DNA of 64,000 nt from contig VMGC01000002.1 of the NCBI GenBank assembly GCA_007376385.1, positions 128,001 through 192,000 on the forward strand, read 5' to 3'. The notes beneath the pieces were generated by a model. That model worked only from the letters and a program-made list of their open reading frames with translations, did not search any database and was not told the DNA's origin. Position numbers and translations under genes: made by a program. The stretch is from Parcubacteria group bacterium Gr01-1014_8 (GTDB lineage Bacteria; Patescibacteriota; Minisyncoccia; Phycocordibacterales; UBA2100). Each line of letters starts with the position of its first letter. Within the stretch, counting starts at the first letter, position 1. Shown here in pieces: positions 46,660 through 57,433 of the stretch.

Positions 46660-47099
46660 AAAAGATCGGCGATATACGGATCGGCATCATCGGAAGCTCT
46701 TTCCGAGAGAATATCACTGCAGAACTTGAAAAACGTTGCGTGAAAACACTTCGAGTACGAGGGATATCAAAAGAACACATTCACCTTGTACGTGTTCCTG
46801 GTGCCTTCGAGATACCGCTTGTTGCAAAAAAAATGGCAATGCAGAGAACATACGACGCGCTCATAACATTTGGTGCGATCCTTAAAGGAAAAACGTACCA
46901 CTTCGAACAAATAGCGAATGAGTGTGCGCGCGGCTGTGCCGAGGTGTCGCGTGCGTACGATATTCCTATTATCTTCGAGGTGCTCGCGGTCTACGATCTG
47001 AGGGATGCGCTCGAACGCGCAACACGACCACATGAAAACAAAGGCGTCGAAGCGGCTGAATCTGCTTTAGCCATGATCAAGCTCATGTCGTCGCTATGA
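46656..47099 (+). CDS. ribH: 6,7-dimethyl-8-ribityllumazine synthase
   Basis: IGIIGSSFRE..VPGAFEIP..GAILKG motifs. Confidence 0.85.
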   Translation: MKKIGDIRIGIIGSSFRENITAELEKRCVKTLRVRGISKEHIHLVRVPGAFEIPLVAKKMAMQRTYDALITFGAILKGKTYHFEQIANECARGCAEVSRAYDIPIIFEVLAVYDLRDALERATRPHENKGVEAAESALAMIKLMSSL

Positions 47100-48322
47100 A
47101 TCACTTTTCCACCATACCGGAGGCGATCGCTGAAATAAAGAAAGGAAAGCTCCTCATCGTTGCTGATAGTCCAAAGCGGGAGAATGAAGCCGATTTTTTT
47201 ATTCCAGCTGGGGGAGTAACGCCCACAGCCATCACAACCATGGTTACGTACGGCGGCGGCCTTGTCTGTGTTGCTATTACGAGCGCACAAGCCAGGCGTT
47301 TGCACGTACCTCTCATGGTTTCGCCCGGCGAGAATACTGAAAAAACGGGCGTAAATTTTACGGTGTCGGTCAATGCAAGACGAGGTATCACAACGGGAAT
47401 TTCTGCATTCGATCGAGCGAAAACGATCCGCATTCTCGCTGATCCGCACTCGAATGAACAGGACATAGTAAAGCCTGGGCATGTCTTCGGTCTCGTTGCT
47501 CGTGACGGCGGTGTGCTCGAACGGGAGGGACATACTGAAGCTGCAGTCGATCTCTCGCGCCTTGCGGGGAAAATGTCTGCCGGCGTCTTGTGCGAAATTG
47601 TTGGAAGAAACGGACACATGGCGAAACGAGACGAACTCATCCGGCTGTCGCGGAAGCTTGATATAAAGATGATAACAATACGCGACCTTGCGCGCTACCT
47701 TCGTGCACATCCTCTGCCGTTGCTCCCCAAACATCATGGTCTCGTGCGCGTCTCCTCTGCCGCGCTGCCGACCGCATACGGCACGTTTACTGTCGTCGCT
47801 TACAGATCTATTTTGGATAATCGAGAGCATGCAGCTCTCATTCTTGGGGAACCGCGGGGAAACGCCTTGGTGCGCATTCATTCCGGATGTCTTACGGGTG
47901 ATGCTCTGTTTTCACTCCGTTGCGACTGCGGCTCGCAGCTGGCGAAAGCCATGCGAATGGTGCAAAAAGCGAAGCAAGGTGTCATTGTGTATCTAAATCA
48001 GGAAGGCAGGGGGATCGGTCTTGGGAACAAGATCAAAGCATACGCGCTGCAGGATGAGGGATACGATACGGTAGAGGCGAATCACAAGCTGGGGCTGCCT
48101 GCCGATCCGCGCAGCTATGAGGCGGCGGCGGATATTCTCAAAGATCTCGGCATACGCGATGTGCGCCTTCTCACGAATAACCCCGAAAAGGAGAAGCAGC
48201 TTTCACATTTCGGCATAAGAATTACGCAGCGCATTCCGCTCGAGATCCCGCCGAATGGTGTGAATGCAGCATATCTCAAGACGAAGAAGCAGAAACTAGG
48301 GCATACGCTCTCCAATGTGTAG
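47096..48322 (+). CDS. ribBA: Bifunctional 3,4-dihydroxy-2-butanone-4-phosphate synthase / GTP cyclohydrolase II
   Basis: RENEADFF (RibB) in the N-terminus and CDCGSQL..GRGIGL (RibA) in the C-terminus. Confidence 0.9.
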   Translation: MNHFSTIPEAIAEIKKGKLLIVADSPKRENEADFFIPAGGVTPTAITTMVTYGGGLVCVAITSAQARRLHVPLMVSPGENTEKTGVNFTVSVNARRGITTGISAFDRAKTIRILADPHSNEQDIVKPGHVFGLVARDGGVLEREGHTEAAVDLSRLAGKMSAGVLCEIVGRNGHMAKRDELIRLSRKLDIKMITIRDLARYLRAHPLPLLPKHHGLVRVSSAALPTAYGTFTVVAYRSILDNREHAALILGEPRGNALVRIHSGCLTGDALFSLRCDCGSQLAKAMRMVQKAKQGVIVYLNQEGRGIGLGNKIKAYALQDEGYDTVEANHKLGLPADPRSYEAAADILKDLGIRDVRLLTNNPEKEKQLSHFGIRITQRIPLEIPPNGVNAAYLKTKKQKLGHTLSNV

Positions 48323-48325
48323 CGT

Positions 48326-49417
48326 ATGCGCACATCCTCTACCGACTCTACCGACGAACGATTTATGCGCGAGACATTTCGACTCGCAAAGAAAGGCGTC
48401 GGTTGGACAAACCCCAATCCGATGGTTGGCGCCGTGATTGTGAAGAATAGGAAAATAGTAGGAAAGGGTTACCACAGAAAGCTCGGTTTGCCGCATGCAG
48501 AAGTCGAAGCCTTGAGTGACGCGGGTACGGCGGCAAGGGGCGCCGTGCTCTATACGAATCTTGAACCGTGCAGTCATTTTGGCAGAACACCGCCGTGTGC
48601 GAACGCGATCATTCAAGCGGGCATCCGTCGGGTCGTTTGTGCCACGCGGGATCCGAATGCGTTCGCTCGCGGCGGTGTCGAGAAATTGCGGCAAGCTGGT
48701 ATTAAGGTCTCGACTGGTATTCTTGAGAAAGAGGCGCGTGACCTAAATGAGGCATTTTTCACATTCCATGAAAAGCAGCGACCATTCGTGGCTCTCAAAT
48801 TTGCAGCAAGTCTTGACGGAAAATTGGCGACACGGAGAGGAGATTCGAAATGGATCACAAATGAACGTGCTCGCGCGCATGCTCGACGCTTGCGCGGTGC
48901 GTATCAAGCCGTTCTTATCGGGATCGAGACAGTTATTGCGGACGACCCGCATCTTGGTGTACGCACGAGAGGTCTGAGAGATCCGCTTCGTATTGTTCTT
49001 GATTCGGATCTTCGAATTTCACTTTCTGCGCGCGTGCTGCGTGATTCGCATGTCGTCATTGCAACAACAAAGAATGCCTCGGCGCGAAAAAGGAAACAAC
49101 TTACGCATCGTGGCATCCGCGTGCTGACATTCAGCGGCGGCCGCATTTCACCCGAGGCGCTTTTCGCGGCGCTCCGGAAGATGAACGTTATTAGCGTGCT
49201 CGTCGAAGGTGGCGGCGCAGTGTTGGGGAGCATTATTGACGCCGATAGTGCAGACAGGATTTATGTCTTTTATGCTCCTATCCTCATTGGTGGAAAACGC
49301 GCCGTCGTGATCGGCGGGCGGGGAGCTGACCGCATTTCGAATGCGCTTCGCGTTGCACAGGTCTCTGTCCATCATTTTGGTGACAATATTCTCGTGACGG
49401 GGTCTACCCGGTCTTGA
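48326..49417 (+). CDS. ribD: Riboflavin biosynthesis deaminase/reductase
   Basis: HAEVEAL..PCSHFGRTPPCA zinc deaminase motif and a C-terminal reductase domain. Confidence 0.85.
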   Translation: MRTSSTDSTDERFMRETFRLAKKGVGWTNPNPMVGAVIVKNRKIVGKGYHRKLGLPHAEVEALSDAGTAARGAVLYTNLEPCSHFGRTPPCANAIIQAGIRRVVCATRDPNAFARGGVEKLRQAGIKVSTGILEKEARDLNEAFFTFHEKQRPFVALKFAASLDGKLATRRGDSKWITNERARAHARRLRGAYQAVLIGIETVIADDPHLGVRTRGLRDPLRIVLDSDLRISLSARVLRDSHVVIATTKNASARKRKQLTHRGIRVLTFSGGRISPEALFAALRKMNVISVLVEGGGAVLGSIIDADSADRIYVFYAPILIGGKRAVVIGGRGADRISNALRVAQVSVHHFGDNILVTGSTRS

Positions 49418-49448
49418 ATCGCTCGTCGGATCCAATCTAGTCGGAATA

Positions 49449-49946
49449 TTACGGCGTAACTGTAAACGTACCCTTCATTCCCATTGCGCGGTGGTTGCCG
49501 ACGGAGCAGTAGAATTCAAAGGTGCCTTCTTTGTCCGCTGTGAATTCGATCGATTGGGACATGCCGTTTTGCAATACCTCTGTGCCGATGTTGTAGACCT
49601 CGATACGGAAATCGTGCGTGCCGCCTCCGTTTTTGAAGGTTATCTTTACTTTGTCGCCCTTTTTGACGGATATATTTTTTGGGTTGAACGTAAATCCCTG
49701 ATTTGTGACGTTGAACTCCTTCACCACGGCTACGTCGCCGCCGGCTTGGACTCCGATGTTAACAGTTGCGCCGGGCGATGCAGTGCCATTCGTTGACGTG
49801 TTGGCGGCCGGCTCTTCTGGCGGAATAAGGCCGTCTGTTTGAGTTGGATCCGCCCCAAGCATGTTGTTGCTCGAATTCTTGCTCCAATACATATACCCTC
49901 CGCCGATAAGGACGAGAGCGATGAGAATGATAAGTAGTGTTCGCAT
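49449..49946 (-). CDS. Membrane-anchored cupredoxin (type-1 blue copper protein)
   Basis: N-terminal TM. C-terminal ligand set H..C..H..M in THDFRIE..YCSVGNHRAMGM. Confidence 0.65.
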   Translation of the reverse strand: MRTLLIILIALVLIGGGYMYWSKNSSNNMLGADPTQTDGLIPPEEPAANTSTNGTASPGATVNIGVQAGGDVAVVKEFNVTNQGFTFNPKNISVKKGDKVKITFKNGGGTHDFRIEVYNIGTEVLQNGMSQSIEFTADKEGTFEFYCSVGNHRAMGMKGTFTVTP

Positions 49947-50196
49947 GTGTGATAAATGTTAACTCTTATAACGAAGCATTAGGATACCATATGCGAAAGG
50001 GGAAATTGTGAAGAAGTATAGCAACGTTGACAGATTATTCAGAATCTGTTAAAGTGCAGCCATCAACCTTCTCTTTGGTTTTTTGTCTTGAGAGCTTCTC
50101 GGGGCCCGCATGTAGGGATTTGTGCGGAAAACACTCTCGAGACGCGTTGACTTAATAAAAGCCGGAGGGAATCTCTCTGTTTTCAACTTGTCCTGC

Positions 50197-51480
50197 ATGT
50201 ATAGTCGAAACCCACACACATCACGTTCTTCGTCGCATTCCGGACCTTCGCGGTCAGGACAGCGCTCTTCGAGCAGACGACCTTTTCGCAGTTCGTATGG
50301 CCGCTCCTCTCACGGCTACGGAGGCAATCGTCGCGTTTCAAGCGGACGAACTTCACAGGCGGATCGCGGGCGCGGTGCTCACATCCCGCATTCAAAGTTC
50401 ATCAGTAAGGCCGTAGAACCGGAGTCGGTGGAAGTATTTGTGCCGAAGCACACATTTGCTAACTTCGCTATCGATGAACGATTGAAAAAGAACATCGTCA
50501 AGAAAGGATACACGACGCCAACACCAATTCAGGATGCAGCAATTCCTCTTGCCTTGCACGGCCGCGATGTCGTCGGGCTTGCAGAAACAGGGACCGGTAA
50601 AACTGGTGCATTCCTCATTCCTCTTATCGACAAAGTGCTTAAGAATGACAGCGAAAGCGTCCTCATCATGGCGCCGACGCGCGAACTTGCGGTGCAAATA
50701 GACGAGGAATTCCGGGGCTTTGCATCAGGGCTTCCGCTTCGCTCCGCGCTCGTCATAGGCGGCGCCAACATCAATTCGCAAATTCGAAGCCTACGCTACG
50801 GTCCGCAATTCGTCATCGGAACTCCCGGCCGCATCATGGACCTAATGGGCCAGAATGAACTCCGGCTTGCGAAATGCGCAAACGTCGTACTCGATGAGGC
50901 TGATCGTATGCTCGACATGGGGTTCATCGAGAGCGTAAAAAAGATCCTCGCCACAATGCCTGCAAAAAGGCACACGTTGTTTTTTTCTGCGACGCTGGGG
51001 CGGGAGATAGAGCAACTTATTGGTGACTTCCTTACTGAACCTGAACGTATATCCGTCAAAACACAAGACACATCAAAAAATGTTGACCAGGATATTGTAC
51101 GGATTCAGTCTGGAAGGACAAAACTCGACCATCTCTCGGAACTTCTTAAAGACAACAATTTTACAAAAGTGCTCGTCTTTGGACGCACAAAGCACGGCGT
51201 GGAGAAGCTTTCAAAACTTTTGAAACAGACTGGATTCAGCGTCGAATCGATCCATGGGAATAAATCGCACAGCCAGCGCCAGCGGGCACTCCAACTTTTC
51301 AAAGATGAAAAAGTGCAGGTTCTTGTAGCGACGGATGTCGCGGCGCGCGGTTTGGACATTCCGAAGGTATCGCATGTCATCAACTTCGATGTTCCGGGAA
51401 CGTATGACGACTACGTGCACCGCATAGGGCGAACGGGCCGGGCAGGAGAAAGAGGGAAGGCGCTGACGTTTATTGAATAA
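50197..51480 (+). CDS. DEAD-box ATP-dependent RNA helicase with an Arg/Ser-rich N-terminal extension
   Basis: Q motif (TPTPIQ), AETGTGKT, DEAD, SAT and HRIGRTGRAG. The track start is GTG 50122; the first in-frame ATG is 50197. Confidence 0.85.
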   Translation: MYSRNPHTSRSSSHSGPSRSGQRSSSRRPFRSSYGRSSHGYGGNRRVSSGRTSQADRGRGAHIPHSKFISKAVEPESVEVFVPKHTFANFAIDERLKKNIVKKGYTTPTPIQDAAIPLALHGRDVVGLAETGTGKTGAFLIPLIDKVLKNDSESVLIMAPTRELAVQIDEEFRGFASGLPLRSALVIGGANINSQIRSLRYGPQFVIGTPGRIMDLMGQNELRLAKCANVVLDEADRMLDMGFIESVKKILATMPAKRHTLFFSATLGREIEQLIGDFLTEPERISVKTQDTSKNVDQDIVRIQSGRTKLDHLSELLKDNNFTKVLVFGRTKHGVEKLSKLLKQTGFSVESIHGNKSHSQRQRALQLFKDEKVQVLVATDVAARGLDIPKVSHVINFDVPGTYDDYVHRIGRTGRAGERGKALTFIE

Positions 51481-51482
51481 TA

Positions 51483-51644
51483 TGGCAAAAGAAGCGAATA
51501 AAACATCGGTAAGGACAACACCACGAGGCGTGTATGTCTACAAACCGATCAAGAGTGTCATCGTACTCTGCGAGTGCGGCAATAAATACGTCAAAACGCG
51601 GTTGAGACAGGTTGTGTGTATCCGCTGTATCAACGATCGGTAAA
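51483..51644 (+). CDS. Small zinc-ribbon protein (53 aa), absent from the ORF track
   Basis: ATG..TAA ORF MAKEANKTSVRTTPRGVYVYKPIKSVIVLCECGNKYVKTRLRQVVCIRCINDR with CxC...CxxC. Begins 3 nt after the helicase stop. Confidence 0.3.
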
Positions 51645-51770
51645 AACGGGTTTTCCGTCGATCCCCGATGCACGCATCGGGGCATTCTCGGCGTCCGCCC
51701 AGTAAAATACCAACACACTTTGAGTACTCTGGCAAGTTGCGCATAAAACGACTGGAGGTACCATGGGGGC

Positions 51771-52559
51771 ATGAAAACTGCCTTGAGAGTGGGCTTATTG
51801 GTAGCTGCAGGTGTACTGTTTTTTGGCTCATTTGCAGAGGCAGACCATGCATGGGCACCGTATCACTGGGCACGTACAGCGAACCCATTTACGATCCAGT
51901 TGGGCGATAACCTCACATCTGCATGGGATCCATACCTCGTTACCGCGGCCTCTGATTGGAGTATTTCATCGGTTCTCGATGTGACGATTGTCGCGAGTGG
52001 AAAGAACCCTAAGACGTGCCGGCCGACTGCAGGCCGTGGTGAAGTGTGCAACGCGAAATACGGTTCAAACGGCTGGCTCGGTATCGCGCAAATTTGGATA
52101 ATGGGCGACCATATCACGCAGGGCGTCGTCAAATTGAACGATACGTACTTTACGAGGGCAACGTACAATACTGCCGCATGGAAAAATCTCGTCATGTGCC
52201 AAGAGGTTGGTCACGTGTTCGGCCTTGACCACCAAGACGAAAATATGACGAATCCGAACCTGGATACATGCATGGATTACACCAATAACCCTGAATCTAA
52301 TCAGCACCCGAATGCGCACGACTACGAAATGCTTGAAACTATTTATGCACATCTCGATCCAACAACGACGTTAAGCCAATCGGCAGCAGCGAAAGCGCAG
52401 GCGCCCGAGAGTGTGGATGAAGTTCGAGAATGGGGCCGTGAGATACGACGTTCTGCAGACGGTCGCGCATCGCTTTTCGAGCGCGACTTTGGAGGACAGA
52501 AAGTGTTCACGCACGTGTTCTGGGCGGAAGAGGATGGCCGCTTTACGCGCGAACGCTAG
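51771..52559 (+). CDS. Secreted metzincin-like protein with a degenerate zinc motif
   Basis: Signal peptide. QEVGHVFGLDH carries Q in place of the first His of the metzincin motif HExxHxxGxxH. GGAGGT RBS. Confidence 0.45.
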   Translation: MKTALRVGLLVAAGVLFFGSFAEADHAWAPYHWARTANPFTIQLGDNLTSAWDPYLVTAASDWSISSVLDVTIVASGKNPKTCRPTAGRGEVCNAKYGSNGWLGIAQIWIMGDHITQGVVKLNDTYFTRATYNTAAWKNLVMCQEVGHVFGLDHQDENMTNPNLDTCMDYTNNPESNQHPNAHDYEMLETIYAHLDPTTTLSQSAAAKAQAPESVDEVREWGREIRRSADGRASLFERDFGGQKVFTHVFWAEEDGRFTRER

Positions 52560-52567
52560 AGTCGCAC

Positions 52568-52909
52568 ATGACCATTAGTTACGAGGATTTTACGAAAGTC
52601 GATATTCGTGTCGGCAAGATACTAGAAGTATCTGATTTTCCTGAAGCCAGAAAGCCAGCGTTCAAGCTGAAGATAGACTTCGGATTTGAAATCGGCATTA
52701 AGCAATCAAGCGTGCAGGCAGTGGGCGCTCACACGAAAGAGGAACTGCTAGGAATGCTCGTATGCTGTGTTGTGAATTTTCCTCCGAAAAAAGTCGCTGA
52801 CTTTACATCAGAAGTACTGACGCTCGGATTCAAGAATACGGCGGATATCGGCTGGGTTCTCATTACGCCGGGGAAAGACAGCGTGGAGTTAGGGAGTAAA
52901 CTTGCATAG
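52568..52909 (+). CDS. csaA: tRNA-binding (CsaA / EMAP-like OB-fold) protein
   Basis: FTKVDIRVGKILEV..FKLKIDFG pattern typical of the Myf/CsaA tRNA-binding domain. 113 aa. Confidence 0.65.
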   Translation: MTISYEDFTKVDIRVGKILEVSDFPEARKPAFKLKIDFGFEIGIKQSSVQAVGAHTKEELLGMLVCCVVNFPPKKVADFTSEVLTLGFKNTADIGWVLITPGKDSVELGSKLA

Positions 52910-52988
52910 GCAGAGGTTGGATTTTTGACGATTTTGATATACTATGGTGCAACTTGCCTCGCAAGCGAGGCATTTTTCATTCAAGCCT

Positions 52989-54788
52989 ATGGAAATCCGT
53001 AATATCGCAATTATTGCCCATGTTGACCACGGGAAAACGACTCTGACGGATGCAATTTTGCGTCAGACTGGAGCGGCGGAAGCCGGTGTTTCGATGGACT
53101 CCAACAAACTCGAACAGGAGCGAGGTATCACCATCTATGCAAAAAATGCTTCTGTTCAATACAAAGGAACAAAGATAAACATCGTCGATACTCCTGGGCA
53201 CGCGGATTTCGGCTCTGAGGTCGAGCGCGTGCTTCGTTCTATTGATTCGGTCTTGCTCGTCGTTGATGCGCAAGAAGGCCCGATGCCTCAAACCCGATTC
53301 GTTTTGAAAAAGTCTCTTGAACTCGGCCTCAGACCAATAGTCGTCATCAATAAGATAGACAAGCCTGCGGCAGACCCGGCAAAAGCGGAGGAGGGTGTTT
53401 TAGAGCTTTTCCTTGAACTCGGTGCATCTGATGAGCAATCGAATTTTCCCGTCGTCTACGCGATCGGCAAGCAGGGAAGGGCAATGTTGAAATTGGGTGA
53501 TAATTCGACCGATTTAAGGCCGCTTCTGGATGTCATCCTGGAAAAGGTGCCTGTTGCGTCAAATGTTGATGCAAGCAAGCCCCTTCGCGCCCAACCGTTC
53601 AATCTTGCGTATGACAATTTTCTCGGACGTATGGGTATCGCGCGTGTGTATGAAGGGTCACTCAGGGCGGGCTCAAATGTGTTCATAAAGACTCCAACCG
53701 GGGAATCGCGACAAGGAAAAATAACGAAGATGTTCACATTCAACGGCTTGAAGCGTGTCGAAGCTACAGAAGTAGGAGCCGGGGACATCGTGCTCATTGC
53801 TGGTATTCCCGACATCGAAATTGGAGAAACAATTTCGACAAGCGTTGATGTGGATGCACTTCCGGCAATAGCCGTTGATGAGCCTACGATCTCATTGAAT
53901 TTCTTGGTGAACAATTCACCAGTCGGAGGACGCGAAGGAAAGTTTGTCACGTCACGCCAACTTCGAGAGCGGCTCGAACGTGAGCTCGAAGTGAATGTCG
54001 GTCTCCGCGTCGAATTCTCATACGAGGGTGGAGCAGAAGGCATGTTCAAAGTGTCAGGTCGCGGCGAGCTTCACATTGCGATACTTCTCGAGAATATGCG
54101 GCGCGAAGGGTACGAAATGCAGGTATCGCAGCCGAGCGTCATTGTGCATGAGGAGAACGGCGTGAAAACGGAACCGTTCGAAGAGGTTGTGATAGACACG
54201 CCAACAATATACCAGGGCGCCATTATCGAACGCTTAGGGCAGCGCGGATTCGTGATGACGAACCTGCTTCCGCACAGCGAGAGCGTACGCCTGATTTTTG
54301 AAGGTCCGACGAGAGGACTTCTCGGATACCGCAATCAATTTGTGATAGATACAAAAGGCGAGGGTATCATAGCAGCACGGGTGATAGGCTTCAGGCATTT
54401 TGGAGGAGAAATTCGAAAGCGTACGACCGGTTCGATGATATCGATGGCGTCCGGCAAGGCGCTCGGATATTCGCTGTGGAATTTGCAGGATAGGGGAACG
54501 CTGTACATAGGACCAGGAACAGAAGTGTACGAAGGCATGGTGCTTGGCGATACATCCAAAGGCGAAGAAATGGAAGTGAACCCGACGAAGAACAAGAATC
54601 TTACGAACGTGCGTGCTTCGGCTTTGGATGAGGCAATTAACCTTGTGCCGCCGTACACACTCACGATTGAGCGCGGGCTCGAAGTTATGGCGAAGGATGA
54701 ATATTTGGAAGTGACCCCACAGAATGTGCGCCTCCGAAAACAGAAACTTTTGGCGAGTGAGCGTTCCAAAGTGCGGCGGCAGAACTAA
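52989..54788 (+). CDS. typA: Translational GTPase TypA/BipA
   Basis: [18 protein letters not shown]1 motif, [12 protein letters not shown] and EF-G-like C-terminal domains. Confidence 0.9.
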   Translation: MEIRNIAIIAHVDHGKTTLTDAILRQTGAAEAGVSMDSNKLEQERGITIYAKNASVQYKGTKINIVDTPGHADFGSEVERVLRSIDSVLLVVDAQEGPMPQTRFVLKKSLELGLRPIVVINKIDKPAADPAKAEEGVLELFLELGASDEQSNFPVVYAIGKQGRAMLKLGDNSTDLRPLLDVILEKVPVASNVDASKPLRAQPFNLAYDNFLGRMGIARVYEGSLRAGSNVFIKTPTGESRQGKITKMFTFNGLKRVEATEVGAGDIVLIAGIPDIEIGETISTSVDVDALPAIAVDEPTISLNFLVNNSPVGGREGKFVTSRQLRERLERELEVNVGLRVEFSYEGGAEGMFKVSGRGELHIAILLENMRREGYEMQVSQPSVIVHEENGVKTEPFEEVVIDTPTIYQGAIIERLGQRGFVMTNLLPHSESVRLIFEGPTRGLLGYRNQFVIDTKGEGIIAARVIGFRHFGGEIRKRTTGSMISMASGKALGYSLWNLQDRGTLYIGPGTEVYEGMVLGDTSKGEEMEVNPTKNKNLTNVRASALDEAINLVPPYTLTIERGLEVMAKDEYLEVTPQNVRLRKQKLLASERSKVRRQN

Positions 54789-54863
54789 AGGGTAATGGCT
54801 CTCCTCCAGCCGGCGGATAGCGCTATGTGAGCTGTTGAATGGTTCAAATGCTATTATTCCGGC

Positions 54864-55400
54864 ATGAAAACGGCTGTGTTTGGCGGCGGATGCTTTTGGT
54901 GCACTGAAGCGGTATTTCAAATGCTGAAGGGGGTAAACAAAGTCGAATCAGGCTATGCGGGTGGGTCAGTCGCGAACCCCTCGTACGAACGGGTTTCAAT
55001 GGGGAATACGGGCCATGCCGAGGTCATACGAGTAACCTATGACCCGGCTGTCATCACGTACGAGGACCTTCTGACGGTTTTTTTCGGTTCGCATGACCCG
55101 ACAACGCCGAATCGGCAGGGGAATGACGTTGGTGAGCAGTATCGTTCAGTGATTTTGTACCAAACGGACGACGAGAAAAATGTCGCAGAACGAGTTGCAA
55201 AAGAAATACAGGAGTCCTTGAAAGATAGTACGCGAGTCATTACGCAAATCAGTCCGCTGAAAGAATTTTATCCTGCGGAGGAATATCACAAGAATTACTA
55301 CAAACAAAATTCCTCCGCGCCGTATTGCATGCTCATCATCGAGCCGAAAGTCGAGAAAGTCCGGAAGCGATTTGCGCAGCTAGTTAACCCAGGCGCATAA
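54864..55400 (+). CDS. msrA: Peptide methionine sulfoxide reductase
   Basis: GGGCFWC active-site motif. Confidence 0.9.
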   Translation: MKTAVFGGGCFWCTEAVFQMLKGVNKVESGYAGGSVANPSYERVSMGNTGHAEVIRVTYDPAVITYEDLLTVFFGSHDPTTPNRQGNDVGEQYRSVILYQTDDEKNVAERVAKEIQESLKDSTRVITQISPLKEFYPAEEYHKNYYKQNSSAPYCMLIIEPKVEKVRKRFAQLVNPGA

Positions 55401-55810
55401 TGCCAGCGATGAAAAGAGAAGACTTTGAAAAATTGGCCGGAGAAGGGTTCGAGCGCCTGCCTGAATGGGTGCGGTTGAAAATTAAGAATGTAGCGCTCTT
55501 GGTGGAAGATGAGCCATCTGACGAGGTGAGAGCGCGAGAAGGACTCTCGCATGAGGAAACACTTCTCGGGTATTACCAGGGGATTCCTCTCTCTGTGAGA
55601 GGCGAAAACTACGGTGTTGGTGCAACAATGCCGGACACGATCACGTTGTACCAGCATCCTATCGAAGATGCTGCAGTCGAAGATGGAATGGACGTTCGCG
55701 ATGTTGTTGCGGATACAATATGGCACGAATTCGCACATCATTTTGGAATGGATGAGCACGAAGTGCGAGAGAGGGAAAAGAATAGAACTGAATCCCATCC
55801 TACGGATTGA
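55400..55810 (+). CDS. Zincin-like metallopeptidase-family protein (DUF1025-like)
   Basis: WHEFAHHFG HExxH-type motif in a ~135-aa protein. ATAATG overlap with msrA. Confidence 0.55.
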   Translation: MPAMKREDFEKLAGEGFERLPEWVRLKIKNVALLVEDEPSDEVRAREGLSHEETLLGYYQGIPLSVRGENYGVGATMPDTITLYQHPIEDAAVEDGMDVRDVVADTIWHEFAHHFGMDEHEVREREKNRTESHPTD

Positions 55811-55882
55811 TCAATAAAAAATGGATTGCAGCCTCTACTTGGTCTGATACACTCACCCTATTAATCCCAACTCAATTGAAAT

Positions 55883-56107
55883 ATGGGCACATTTGGCAAA
55901 GGAGAAGCACCTTCCGATGAAAGTAAATGGTCTCAAGGAATGTTAGATGAGTTCGAAAAGGAATATTGGATTCTATTAGGGAAGGGGCAAAAAAATGAGC
56001 TAAATGACGTAGATGCTAGGCGAAGGGATTATCTGTACGATCAATTTGGGGAAAAAGAGCGAAGAAAAAGAGAGATACCGACTCGAGTCATCAAGCCAAG
56101 AGGGTGA
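55883..56107 (+). CDS. Hypothetical small charged protein
   Basis: ORF only. Confidence 0.3.
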   Translation: MGTFGKGEAPSDESKWSQGMLDEFEKEYWILLGKGQKNELNDVDARRRDYLYDQFGEKERRKREIPTRVIKPRG

Positions 56108-56173
56108 TTTGCAGTCCCAGAAAGGATTAAACGGGAACCGTGAATGATGCACATTTTGTGCTATATTTTTCGT

Positions 56174-57433
56174 ATGACATCGCTTTCAGAAACGCTCCGC
56201 GAACGAGGATATGTATACCAACACTCGTCCGAAAAGCTTGAGGAAATAACTGATGATGATGCAAAGCGCACGCTGTATCTCGGCGTAGACCCGACGGCTG
56301 ATTCGATGCATGTCGGACAGTTGCAAGGAATGTTGGTGTTGCGCAGATTCGTAGAGAACGGCCACAAACTCATCATAATTGTCGGAGGAGGTACAGGCAT
56401 GATAGGAGACCCGGGAGGCAGAAGCGCTGAAAGGAATTTGCTGGACGATGCGACAATAGACAAAAATACTGAAGCGCTTCGCAAGCAATTTAAACAGCTT
56501 CTCGGTGGTGTGGATTTCAAGATGGTCAACAATGCGGAATGGCTTCGCGAACTGAACTTGATGGAATTTTTGCGCGACGTGGGGAAGCATTTTACCGTGA
56601 ACGAAATGATAAAACGTGACAGCGTAAAGCCTCGACTCGAGACGCCCGACGCGAGCATCTCATTTACAGAATTCTCGTACATGCTTCTTCAGGCATACGA
56701 CTATTTGCAATTGCACAAAAAGTATAACTGTGATTTGCAGGTCGGCGGCTCTGACCAGTGGGGAAATATTCTCTCCGGCGTAGAACTTATTCGACGAACG
56801 ACGGGTGATACAGTCTATGCATTTTCGTGGCCGCTTCTCGTTGATAAAGCGACGGGCAAAAAATTCGGCAAAAGCGAAGGGGGTGCAGTGTGGCTGGATG
56901 CAGAGAAGACGTCGCCGTTCAAATTCTACCAATTCTGGCTCAATACGAGCGATGAAGCTGTGGAAGAGTTGTTTTTAAAAATGACGCTTTTACCCAAGGC
57001 GGAAATCAATAAGTGGATGAAAGACCACAAAACGCATCCAGAACAGCGGAATGCTCAACGCGCTCTCGCACATCATGTTACAGAATTGGTACATGGATTG
57101 GAGACTGCGGTCAAAGTCGGGAAAATTTCATCAGTTTTGTTTGTAGGCACTGACAATGCTTTAAAGGAATTAAGTGAAGCGGATACAACACTTTTAAAAC
57201 AGGAAGCTCCTTCATGCTCGGTTTCTTCGGGCACCGCTATTGTAGATGCACTCGTTGGCTCTGGGCTTGCCAGTTCAAAACGAGAAGCCAAGCAGTTTCT
57301 TGCGGACGGCGCTGTGCAATTGAACGGGCAAAGTGTGGATGAAAACAAGGTTGTCGAGAACACAGACTTTTCGAATGGTATTGCGCTCTTAAAACGAGGT
57401 AAAAGAAATGTTTCGGTTATGATACTCTCATAG
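56174..57433 (+). CDS. tyrS: Tyrosine--tRNA ligase
   Basis: Class I HIGH-like region (DPTADSMHVGQL), KFGKSEG (KMSKS) and a C-terminal S4-like domain. Confidence 0.9.
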   Translation: MTSLSETLRERGYVYQHSSEKLEEITDDDAKRTLYLGVDPTADSMHVGQLQGMLVLRRFVENGHKLIIIVGGGTGMIGDPGGRSAERNLLDDATIDKNTEALRKQFKQLLGGVDFKMVNNAEWLRELNLMEFLRDVGKHFTVNEMIKRDSVKPRLETPDASISFTEFSYMLLQAYDYLQLHKKYNCDLQVGGSDQWGNILSGVELIRRTTGDTVYAFSWPLLVDKATGKKFGKSEGGAVWLDAEKTSPFKFYQFWLNTSDEAVEELFLKMTLLPKAEINKWMKDHKTHPEQRNAQRALAHHVTELVHGLETAVKVGKISSVLFVGTDNALKELSEADTTLLKQEAPSCSVSSGTAIVDALVGSGLASSKREAKQFLADGAVQLNGQSVDENKVVENTDFSNGIALLKRGKRNVSVMILS

